Shown here piece after piece: positions 56,090 to 64,000 of a stretch of DNA of 64,000 nucleotides. Where the stretch lies: positions 7,289-71,288 of the forward strand of contig CALXXE010000005.1 in the NCBI GenBank assembly GCA_944392605.1, given 5' to 3'. The translations under genes were made by a program, and so were the position numbers. This DNA is from an uncultured Clostridia bacterium (GTDB lineage Bacteria > Bacillota > Clostridia > TANB77 > CAG-508). Within the stretch, counting starts at the first letter, position 1; each line of letters begins with the position of its first letter. The notes under the pieces are model-generated. The model ran no database searches and was not told where the DNA came from. It saw nothing but the letters and a program-made list of their open reading frames with translations.

Positions 56090-56134
56090 AAAATACAATA
56101 GTACAGTAAATAATAAATGTACTATTGTATTTTA
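56090..56134 (+). terminator. Long perfect hairpin (15-16 bp) in the mfd 3-prime region
   Basis: aaaatacaatagtaca / tgtactattgtatttt. The ORF-track start at 56125 sits inside it. Confidence 0.6.
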
Positions 56135-56196
56135 TAGAGGATGTTTTTTGGGATGGACTTAAAAACATGATGAAGATATTTTTAAGGAGATTTTTT

Positions 56197-56988
56197 ATGA
56201 ATGTAATTTCAAGTAAAGATAATGAAATAGTAAAGTCAGTTAAAAAGTTAAAAGAAAAGAAATATAGAGATTTAGAAAATGCCTACATAGTAGAAGGAAT
56301 AAAAATGGTAAGAGAAGCAATAGAAGAAAAAGCTTTGATTAGGCAAATAATAATATGTGATGATTGTGAAAAATCTGATAGTATACCAAAAGAATTAATG
56401 TATGAGATAGCAAAATATGATTGTACGTACGTTACAAGTAAAGTATTTAAATATATATCAGAAGTACAGACACCACAAGGTGTGCTTGCTGTAATTGAAA
56501 AAAATAATGGAGATTTAGATATTAATTATAATGAAGATATAATAGTAGCTTTAGATGACATACAAGACCCAGGAAATTTAGGAACTATTTTAAGAACAGT
56601 AGATAGTGTAGGATTAACACAAATATTAGTATCAAAAGGAACAGCAGATTGCTATAATCCAAAAGTAGTTCGTTCGAGTATGGGAGCAATATATAGAGTA
56701 AAGGTTATAGAATGTGAAGATTTATTAGAAACATTAAAAGAAATTAAGAAAAATAAATTTAAAATATTAGTAACATCTTTAGGTGATAGTAAGAATATTT
56801 ATGATATGAAATATAATAAAAAAGTGTTAGTAATAGGAAACGAAGCAAATGGTGTAGAAGAAAGAATTATGAATATAGCAGATGAGAAAATAAAAATACC
56901 AATGCTTGGAAGAACAGAAAGTCTAAATGCAGCAGTAGCAACAGGAATAGTATTATATGAATATGTAAGGCAAAAGTTAGGAAAATAA
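56197..56988 (+). CDS. TrmH/SpoU family RNA 2-prime-O-methyltransferase
   Basis: LDDIQDPGNLGTILRT, VIGNEANGV and ESLNAAVA motifs. ATG at 56197 follows taaggag. Confidence 0.85.
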   Translation: MNVISSKDNEIVKSVKKLKEKKYRDLENAYIVEGIKMVREAIEEKALIRQIIICDDCEKSDSIPKELMYEIAKYDCTYVTSKVFKYISEVQTPQGVLAVIEKNNGDLDINYNEDIIVALDDIQDPGNLGTILRTVDSVGLTQILVSKGTADCYNPKVVRSSMGAIYRVKVIECEDLLETLKEIKKNKFKILVTSLGDSKNIYDMKYNKKVLVIGNEANGVEERIMNIADEKIKIPMLGRTESLNAAVATGIVLYEYVRQKLGK

Positions 56989-57022
56989 TTAAAATAATTT
57001 GATTAAGAAAAGAGGAAGAAAG

Positions 57023-57526
57023 TTGAAAATAAATATAGTAATGGTAGAACCAGAAATTCCACAAAATACAGGAAATATTGCAAGAACATGTGCCGCAATA
57101 GGAGCAAAATTACATCTAGTATATCCATTAGGATTTAGTATATCAGATAAAGCAGTAAAAAGAGCAGGACTTGATTATTGGGATAAGTTAGAAATAGAAG
57201 AACATACATCGTTTAAAGAGTTTTTAGAAAAATATAAACCAGAAGAAAATAATATGTTTTTTGCAACAACAAAAGGAAAACATGTATATTCAAAGCCTGA
57301 TTATAGTAAAATGGATGAAGTATTTTTATTATTTGGAAAAGAAACTAAAGGACTTCCAGAAGATATATTACAAAAATATATTGATAAAACAATAAGAATA
57401 CCTATGAGAGAAACACTAAGATCTTTAAATTTATCAAACTCTGTTTCAATAGTTGTATATGAAGTATTAAGACAGAAAAATTTTGAGGGTTTAGAGGAAA
57501 TAAGTAGTTATTTTGACAATAAGTAA
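57023..57526 (+). CDS. trmL: tRNA (cytidine/uridine-34 2-prime-O)-methyltransferase TrmL
   Basis: INIVMVEPEIPQNTGNIARTCAA, LFGKETKGLP and RSLNLSNSV motifs. TTG at 57023 follows agaggaag. Confidence 0.85.
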   Translation: MKINIVMVEPEIPQNTGNIARTCAAIGAKLHLVYPLGFSISDKAVKRAGLDYWDKLEIEEHTSFKEFLEKYKPEENNMFFATTKGKHVYSKPDYSKMDEVFLLFGKETKGLPEDILQKYIDKTIRIPMRETLRSLNLSNSVSIVVYEVLRQKNFEGLEEISSYFDNK

Positions 57527-57785
57527 TTATTTTGTCGAATATTGCGATGAAAAGTTAAAAAACATTAAGAGAAAAGCTTGGCTTTTCTCTATTTTTGTGA
57601 GATAATAAGTAAGGATTATTAATTCAAAAAATTTTGTTCAAGATTTTTTAAATCTAAAAAATGAATTCCAGAGAAAAATTAAGCAAAAAAGAGAAAAAAG
57701 AATAGAGGTGGAGAATCACTTCATAATTTACTTTGAAATAAAAGTTGATTTGTAGATTGAAAACAATAAAATAAGGAGGAAAGAT

Positions 57786-58859
57786 TTGGAAGTTTTTAGT
57801 TACAATGATTATATAAAGTGCATACACACTTTGCGTCTTAATGCAGTTTTTAGATTGGCAGAAGAAGGGACAGAATATAATCTAGAAATACATAAACAAA
57901 AGAAAAAAATAAAAAATGTACATGATAAGATAATAAAAAAGATTTTAAAAAATAGAAACGAAGTAGCAAATATAATAAATGGCTTTGTAGGAATTAGAGA
58001 AAAAATAAAAGGAGAAAATTTAGTAAAATATACTAATAGTTTTGTAACTGGAAAATATAAATCAAGGGAAGCTGATATTGTATATAGATTAAAAGATAAA
58101 GATATATTTTTTTTAATAGAACATCAATCGTCAGTGGATAATAATATGGTATATAGGATGTTAGATTATTGTATTGATATTATTTATGATTGGAGTACGT
58201 CTATAAAAATAAAAAAAGGAATAAAATATCCAATTGTAGTGCCAATAGTTATTTATACAGGCACAGATAAATGGAGAGTATCTACAGATTTTAGTAAAAT
58301 GCAAATTAGTGATTATATATTTCAAAATTATAAAATAGATTTTAAATATAATTTAATTGAAATAAATAAGATTTCATTCAAGTATTTAATAGAAAAAAAG
58401 ACTTTGTTTTCACATGCTATGGCACTTGAAAAAACTAGAGACTATGAAGATTTTAAAGAAATATTAAATAAAATATTAATAGTAAGTAATAAAGATAAAG
58501 AGGTTCAGGAAGAATTATATAATATATCGTCACTTTTACTTGAAAATCTTATGAAAGACGGTTACAGTGAAGAATTTTTGGATGAAATATATTTTAAAAT
58601 AGAAGGAGGAAGAAGTATAATGCCAAGTTTATATGAAAGACAAGTTCAAGGATTTAGGAAAGATATTAGAAAATGGGTTGATGAGTATATACAAGAAGGA
58701 AAAGAGGAAGGAAAGGAAGAAGGAGAACGAAAGAGTATTAAGAAGGTTGTAAAAAATTTAATTGATAATAATAGTTCAGATGAGTTTATAATGAAAATTA
58801 CTAATATTACAAAAAATGAATTAGAAGAATATAAGAAAGAATTATTAGTAAATAATTAA
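57786..58859 (+). CDS. Rpn/YhgA-like PD-(D/E)XK recombination-promoting nuclease (putative transposase family)
   Basis: HDKIIKKIL.., READIVYRLKDKDIFFLIEHQSSVDNNMVYRMLDY, and the repetitive Glu/Lys C-terminus are typical of the family. TTG start after aaggagg. Confidence 0.7.
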   Translation: MEVFSYNDYIKCIHTLRLNAVFRLAEEGTEYNLEIHKQKKKIKNVHDKIIKKILKNRNEVANIINGFVGIREKIKGENLVKYTNSFVTGKYKSREADIVYRLKDKDIFFLIEHQSSVDNNMVYRMLDYCIDIIYDWSTSIKIKKGIKYPIVVPIVIYTGTDKWRVSTDFSKMQISDYIFQNYKIDFKYNLIEINKISFKYLIEKKTLFSHAMALEKTRDYEDFKEILNKILIVSNKDKEVQEELYNISSLLLENLMKDGYSEEFLDEIYFKIEGGRSIMPSLYERQVQGFRKDIRKWVDEYIQEGKEEGKEEGERKSIKKVVKNLIDNNSSDEFIMKITNITKNELEEYKKELLVNN

Positions 58860-59071
58860 ATATAAAAATAGGGGCTTTTGGTAAAAAGCTAAAAGTTTTT
58901 AAAAATAAACTTATTAGTAAATATTATAGCGCATGATTTACAAAAGTTAGAAAAATGATAAAAAAGAGAGTAAAATAGAGAATTTATAAATAAAACTTTA
59001 CAAACAAAGAAAAATGAGGCTTTGACTAGAAGAACTCATCATGTTAAATTTACTTATAAGGAGGGATAGAA

Positions 59072-59419
59072 ATGGAAATGATTGACGCAAATGTAGATTT
59101 TAAATTAATAGGACAAAGGATAAGAGAAGCAAGAGCTAGAAAAGGATGGTCTCAAGAAAAACTATCAGAAACTATAGATGTTGCAACAGCATATCTTAGC
59201 AGAGTAGAACGAGGAGGGACGGCTATAAATTTAAAAAGATTAGGACAAATATCAATAGCACTAGATGTTCCTATGGAAGAATTAATAACAGGAGTAGTTA
59301 AAGAAGATTATAGATATTTAAATAAAGAATTTGATGATTTATTAAAGCAATGCTCAAAAGATAAGCAAAGGTTAATATATAATATTGCAAAAATAGTTGT
59401 AGGAGTAAAATTCGTATAG
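59072..59419 (+). CDS. XRE-family HTH transcriptional regulator
   Basis: IGQRIREARARKGWSQEKLSETIDVATAYLSRVERG. Confidence 0.8.
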   Translation: MEMIDANVDFKLIGQRIREARARKGWSQEKLSETIDVATAYLSRVERGGTAINLKRLGQISIALDVPMEELITGVVKEDYRYLNKEFDDLLKQCSKDKQRLIYNIAKIVVGVKFV

Positions 59420-59474
59420 AAAAATTCCTTTACAAAACATGAAAAATAGTATAAACTACCGTTAGGTGATAAAA

Positions 59475-62400
59475 ATGTATTTAAAAAGACTAGAATTACA
59501 AGGGTTCAAATCTTTTGCAGATAAAACAATATTAGAATTTATGCCAGGAATAACATCAGTAATAGGACCAAATGGTTCGGGAAAAAGTAATATATCAGAC
59601 GCAATTCGTTGGATTTTAGGCGAGCAAAGTATGAAGTCATTAAGAGGGAGTAAGTCACTAGATATTATTTTTTCAGGAACACAAAATAGAAAATCACTAG
59701 GTTTTGCTGAAGGCTCATTAGTGTTCGATAATACAGATGGAACTTTACCTATTGAGTATACAGAAGTTACTATTACAAGAAAGTTATATAGAAGTGGTGA
59801 AACTGGATATTATATAAATAAAGTACCATGTAGACTAAAAGATGTATTAGAATTATTTATGGATACAGGTATTGGTAAAGATGGATATTCTATAATTGGA
59901 CAAGGCAAGATAGATGAAATCTTAAGTAATAAATCAGAAGATAGAAGAAATATTTTTGAGGAAGCAGCAGGAATTGTAAAATATAGAACTAGAAAACAAG
60001 AATCTGAGAAAAAGTTAGAACGTACGAAGCTTAATTTACTTAGAATAAATGATATACTATCAGAAATAGAAAGTAATATTGAGCCTTTAAAAATAAGTGC
60101 GGAGAAAGCTAAAAAATATTTAAACTTAAGAGAAGAACTAAAGAATATAGAAATTGGTTTATTTATATATAATATAGAAAAATACAAAGAAAGTTTAGAA
60201 CAAATTGTAAAAGATGAAGAAATTTATAAGACCCAATGTGAAGAAGAACAACAAAAGATGGAAAGAATAAAGGCATTAAAAGAAGAATTGAAATCTCAAA
60301 TAGACGAAATAACAACTAGAATAGAAGAAATGTCAAATATAGGTTTTGAGAGTCAAAAAGAAATAGAAATGTTAAATTCAGATATTAGTGTTGCAAAAAC
60401 TAGAATAGAAAATAATAATGAAAATACTGGAAGATACGAGAAAGAAATAGAAGAGGCTAAAGAGAAATTAAAAGACTTAAGCGAAGAAATGGAACAGAAA
60501 AAACAAAAGAGGGACAATTTAAAAGAAAATAAAGAAAAGTTCCAAAAAGAATTAGAAGAAAAAGAAGAAGAATTAAGAAAAATAACAGAAAAACTATCTA
60601 GTAAAGAACTTGAAATAGAAGGATATAAAACAAAAGTATCTGAAAATACTGACAAAAAATATGAGTTGCAAGGAGATGTACATACTCAAGAAATTAATTT
60701 TGAAAACTTTGAAAAAAGAGAAAGACAGATTCAAAATGAGATTGCATCTAACATATCTGAATTGGATAGTACTAGAATGCAAAAAGAAGATTTGGCAAAA
60801 GAATTTTATGATATTGACAGCAAAAGAAATAAAATAGTAAAAAGCTTAGATGAAGTAAATGTAAAGAAAGAAGAAGCTGATAAAAAAGTAAAATTATATG
60901 AGAATAATATAAATGCATATCAAAGTGAAAAAAGAATAAAAGAATCAAGATTAAGATTCTTAGAGGAAACAGAAAAAGAAAAAGAAGGTTATATTAAAAG
61001 TGTAAAATCACTTTTAAAAGATTGTGAAAACATCAAAGAATTGGGAAAAGGTATGCATGGAGTATTAGCAAATATAATTGAAGTTCCAGAAGAATATCAA
61101 ACAGCAATAGAGATGTGTTTAGGAGCAAGTCTTCAAAATATTGTAACAGAGACAGAAGAAGATGCTAAAAAATTGGTAGAACATTTAAGAAAAAACAATC
61201 TTGGAAGAGTATCATTTTTACCTATAACATCAGTAAGAGGAAAAAGACTAGATAAAATAAAAGGAAAAGAGCCAGGTGTAATTGGAATTGCATCAGATTT
61301 AATAAAATATGATAGAAAATATGAGCAAATAATAACTAATTTATTGGGAAGAACAGTAATAGTAGATAATATGGATACAGCAATTAAACTTGCAAAACAA
61401 AATGGATATTCATTTAGAATAATTACTGTGGAAGGTGATGTAATTAATCCATCAGGAGCAATTACAGGGGGCTCAGTTACTAAAAAGACTGTAAATATAC
61501 TAGGTAGAGGAAGAGAAATAGAAAAACTTCAAAAAGAAATAAAGGATTTGGAAGATAAAATAAAGAAACAAGAACAAGAAAAGAGAGAATATGAAGATTC
61601 AATTGAAGATATTTTTGAGGAAGCAAGTAGCTGGGAGAAAGAACTTCAAGAAATTGATATAACATATGCAACAGAAAAACAAAAATTAGTTTCGGTTGAA
61701 GAAAATATTAGTAAAATAGAGCAAAGAGTAAATAAACTAAAAGAAGAAAAAGAGAAACTAAAAGAAGAAAAAGAAAATGCAGTAAATAGAAAGCAAGTTA
61801 TTCAAGAGGAAATTAGTAAATTAACAGAAGAAACAGAAAAATTAACAAATATTATTCAAGAATTTGCCGATCTTAATAAAGATAACCAAAAATATGTAGA
61901 TGATTTGAATTTTGATATTACAAACTTAAAGATATCAGTATCATCATTTGATGAAAGCGAAGCATCTATTGAAGAGTTACAGGAAAGGATAAATACGGAA
62001 GTAGAAAACACAAAACGAAGTATCGAACATAAAACAAGACAAATAGAAGAAATAAAACAAGATAATATAGCTTTAAATGAATCAATAAAAGACATAGAAG
62101 AAAAAATTGAGAAAATAAAAGAAGAAGTAAAAAATAGTGGAAGTAAAATAGAAGAATTAAAACAAGATAGAATAGACAAAAATGAGAAACTAAAAGCAAG
62201 AGAAGATGAAATAAATGATAAATTTAAAGTTATAGAAGATTTAAAAGCACAAGTCGTAAAAATAGATGTTAAGAAAACAAAAATAGAAGATGATATGAAT
62301 GGTATTATTAACAAAATGTGGGAAGAGTACGAATTAACACCAAATAATGTAAAAGATTGTAGAAGACCTGAAAATGTTCAGTTAACACAAAAAAAAGTAA

Positions 62401-63032
62401 ATGGTTTAAGAAAAGAATTAAAGGAACTTGGAAGTGTTAATGTGGATGCAATAGAAGAATATAAAAACATGAAGGAAAGATATGACTTTATGTGTGAACA
62501 AAGAGTAGACTTAGAAGATACTATGGCAAAATTAAGAAAGATAATCACAGATATGACACAAACAATGAAAGAGCAATTTAGAAATAAATTCGACTTAATT
62601 AATAAAAATTTTGCAGAAGTATTTAAAGAATTATTTGGTGGAGGAAATGCTTCACTAAAACTAGAAGATGAAGATAATATCTTAGAATGTGGAATTGATA
62701 TTAATGTTCAACCACCAGGAAAGAAATTACAAAACATGATGTTATTATCAGGAGGAGAAAAGGCATTTACAGCAATAGCTTTATTATTTGCAATACTTAA
62801 AATAAATCCAGCACCATTCTGTGTACTAGATGAAATAGAGGCAGCACTAGATGATGTAAATGTATATAGATTTGCAGATTACTTAAAGAAGTTCTCAGAA
62901 AATACACAGTTCCTAGTTATAACACATAGAAAAGGAACAATGGAAGCAGCAGACACAGTATATGGTGTAACAATGGAAGAAAACGGAATATCAAAATTAT
63001 TATCAATGAAATTAGCAGAGGTGAGACAATAG
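59475..63032 (+). CDS. smc: Chromosome segregation protein SMC
   Basis: MYLKRLELQGFKSF..GPNGSGKSN Walker A, long coiled coils, the hinge (GVLANIIEVPEEYQTAIE), the signature LSGGEKA, and Walker B FCVLDEIEAALD. ATG at 59475 follows aggtga. Confidence 0.95.
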   Translation: MYLKRLELQGFKSFADKTILEFMPGITSVIGPNGSGKSNISDAIRWILGEQSMKSLRGSKSLDIIFSGTQNRKSLGFAEGSLVFDNTDGTLPIEYTEVTITRKLYRSGETGYYINKVPCRLKDVLELFMDTGIGKDGYSIIGQGKIDEILSNKSEDRRNIFEEAAGIVKYRTRKQESEKKLERTKLNLLRINDILSEIESNIEPLKISAEKAKKYLNLREELKNIEIGLFIYNIEKYKESLEQIVKDEEIYKTQCEEEQQKMERIKALKEELKSQIDEITTRIEEMSNIGFESQKEIEMLNSDISVAKTRIENNNENTGRYEKEIEEAKEKLKDLSEEMEQKKQKRDNLKENKEKFQKELEEKEEELRKITEKLSSKELEIEGYKTKVSENTDKKYELQGDVHTQEINFENFEKRERQIQNEIASNISELDSTRMQKEDLAKEFYDIDSKRNKIVKSLDEVNVKKEEADKKVKLYENNINAYQSEKRIKESRLRFLEETEKEKEGYIKSVKSLLKDCENIKELGKGMHGVLANIIEVPEEYQTAIEMCLGASLQNIVTETEEDAKKLVEHLRKNNLGRVSFLPITSVRGKRLDKIKGKEPGVIGIASDLIKYDRKYEQIITNLLGRTVIVDNMDTAIKLAKQNGYSFRIITVEGDVINPSGAITGGSVTKKTVNILGRGREIEKLQKEIKDLEDKIKKQEQEKREYEDSIEDIFEEASSWEKELQEIDITYATEKQKLVSVEENISKIEQRVNKLKEEKEKLKEEKENAVNRKQVIQEEISKLTEETEKLTNIIQEFADLNKDNQKYVDDLNFDITNLKISVSSFDESEASIEELQERINTEVENTKRSIEHKTRQIEEIKQDNIALNESIKDIEEKIEKIKEEVKNSGSKIEELKQDRIDKNEKLKAREDEINDKFKVIEDLKAQVVKIDVKKTKIEDDMNGIINKMWEEYELTPNNVKDCRRPENVQLTQKKVNGLRKELKELGSVNVDAIEEYKNMKERYDFMCEQRVDLEDTMAKLRKIITDMTQTMKEQFRNKFDLINKNFAEVFKELFGGGNASLKLEDEDNILECGIDINVQPPGKKLQNMMLLSGGEKAFTAIALLFAILKINPAPFCVLDEIEAALDDVNVYRFADYLKKFSENTQFLVITHRKGTMEAADTVYGVTMEENGISKLLSMKLAEVRQ

Positions 63033-63043
63033 TCTCATCTCTT

Positions 63044-63706
63044 TTAAATTGTAAATTTAATAATGCCAAGGATTATAAGTAAAATACCAGAGACTATTGA
63101 CCATATGTTTGATGGTAATTTAGAAAAATTATAAAGCTTTTTACCTAAAAAATTTCCTGATCTTAAGAAAAACAATTGAAAGAATCCTAACAAAAATGGA
63201 AAAATATAAGTATTAATTCCTATAACACTTCCGCCAATTCCAACACATAGAGAATCTATTGAAAGTGCGCACCCAAGAAAAAGGGCCTCTTTACTATCTA
63301 TTTTATTTGAATTATCAAAATCTGAAGATACAGGATCTTTTATTATCTTAATTGTAATTCCTAAAAATTTTATAAAAAAAGAATATGTTTTTTGATAATT
63401 ATAGTTCTTTATCTTTTTTTCTTCAAACTTTTTGGATTTTTTATCTTTTTTTAAAGCTTGAAAGCAAATAAATATTCCCATTACAATAAATAAAAAACTA
63501 CCTAAGTAATCTATTATAAAATTTGGAAATATAAGTTTTAGAATATTTCCTAAATATAAAGATATTAATGTAACTATAAAAGATATTAGGAAAATAACTA
63601 ACTTTCCATTAAATGAAATCGCTGTATTTCTCATTCCATAAGTAATTCCAATACCAAGAGAGTCTATACTACTAGATATAGCTAAAAGAATTGTAGTAAA
63701 TAACAT
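63044..63706 (-). CDS. ytaF: Sporulation membrane protein YtaF (MntP-like fold)
   Basis: AISSSIDSLGIGITYG and ALSIDSLCVGIGG duplicated motifs; six TM helices. Confidence 0.75.
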   Translation of the reverse strand: MLFTTILLAISSSIDSLGIGITYGMRNTAISFNGKLVIFLISFIVTLISLYLGNILKLIFPNFIIDYLGSFLFIVMGIFICFQALKKDKKSKKFEEKKIKNYNYQKTYSFFIKFLGITIKIIKDPVSSDFDNSNKIDSKEALFLGCALSIDSLCVGIGGSVIGINTYIFPFLLGFFQLFFLRSGNFLGKKLYNFSKLPSNIWSIVSGILLIILGIIKFTI

Positions 63707-63796
63707 AATAATACCCCCTATAACATATTATGACAAAATTTTTAATATGTTAGAGAAAAGTGAAACCGACTTATAGAAAGAGAAATTGTAAAATTA

Positions 63797-63825
63797 TTGA
63801 CACAAAATGAAATAAATGGTAAAAT
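63797..63825 (+). promoter_or_regulatory. Promoter TTGACA-17-TAAAAT
   Basis: ttgaca at 63797-63802 and taaaat at 63820-63825. Confidence 0.5.
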
Positions 63826-63831
63826 TCAGTT

Positions 63832-63944
63832 AGTCATAAGGAATAATTATGATTAACAATAGTAAAATAAAAAGTAAGACCGAAGTCTTACTTATCAGTT
63901 TTGGAGTTGAGATCACTTTTGTCAGGGGCGATCTCAATTTTTTC
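63832..63944 (+). ncRNA. Candidate structured small RNA or leader (three hairpins ending in a terminator)
   Basis: Hairpins ttagtcataa/ttatgattaa, aagtaagac/gtcttactt and ttgagatc/gatctcaa plus a T7 run. A 36-codon ORF (63849-63959) runs through the terminator, so coding is doubtful. Confidence 0.35.
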
Positions 63945-64000
63945 TTTGCTTATGCGTAATATGTATTTAGAAAAACTAGTAATTATAACCAATATGCCGT

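Noticed and set aside
59810-62314. Several minus-strand ORFs (59810-60187, 60353-60655, 60594-60782, 61480-61671, 61856-62314, 61966-62199) inside smc.
   Set aside because: All are antisense to the Lys/Glu-rich coiled-coil coding region of smc. Their Ser/Phe/Leu-rich translations are mirror artefacts. The same reasoning applies to the antisense ORFs inside addB, the TIR-MORN gene, the kinase and the other long genes.

Overview
This is an AT-rich, gene-dense, mostly plus-strand chromosome segment from a Clostridium-like Firmicute. Hand-counted ordinary coding lines are about 30 % G+C. All function calls come from reading motifs in the supplied translations and the DNA; no database search was run.

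Core genes recognised by motif: topA, tRNA-Gly(GCC), tRNA-Cys(GCA), rnc, ogg, addB, pgeF, leuS, topB, mfd, trmL, smc, ytaF, dinB, dinD, cobB.

Accessory content:
1. 2.7-7.0 kb: an XRE regulator, a Spo0A-like response regulator, an untracked 17-19-aa Trp-rich peptide ORF, an AgrC-like histidine kinase and a membrane protein.
2. 21.9-31.4 kb: a variable region next to the tRNAs. It holds a candidate type I toxin peptide with a convergent antisense RNA, an oversized MazF/PemK-like protein with no antitoxin (flanked by two copies of an 84-nt promoter module), and a G+C-anomalous FGE-sulfatase-like gene.
3. 27104-31295, in the same variable region: the best candidate for an undescribed system. It is a translationally coupled three-gene operon: a stand-alone RyR-domain protein, a TM + Rossmann + RyR-like protein, and a TIR + MORN-repeat protein.
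4. 50.7 kb: a second G+C-anomalous orphan gene.

Other observations: a 167-bp MITE-like inverted-repeat element, a family of GAGAC..GTCTC hairpins that supply stop codons at gene ends, a frameshifted family-4 uracil-DNA glycosylase, addB with no adjacent addA, a terminator/antiterminator leader ahead of a methyltransferase, and SOS-box-like operators at dinD and dinB.

No rRNA, CRISPR array, integrase or classical transposase was seen; there is one Rpn/YhgA-family nuclease.
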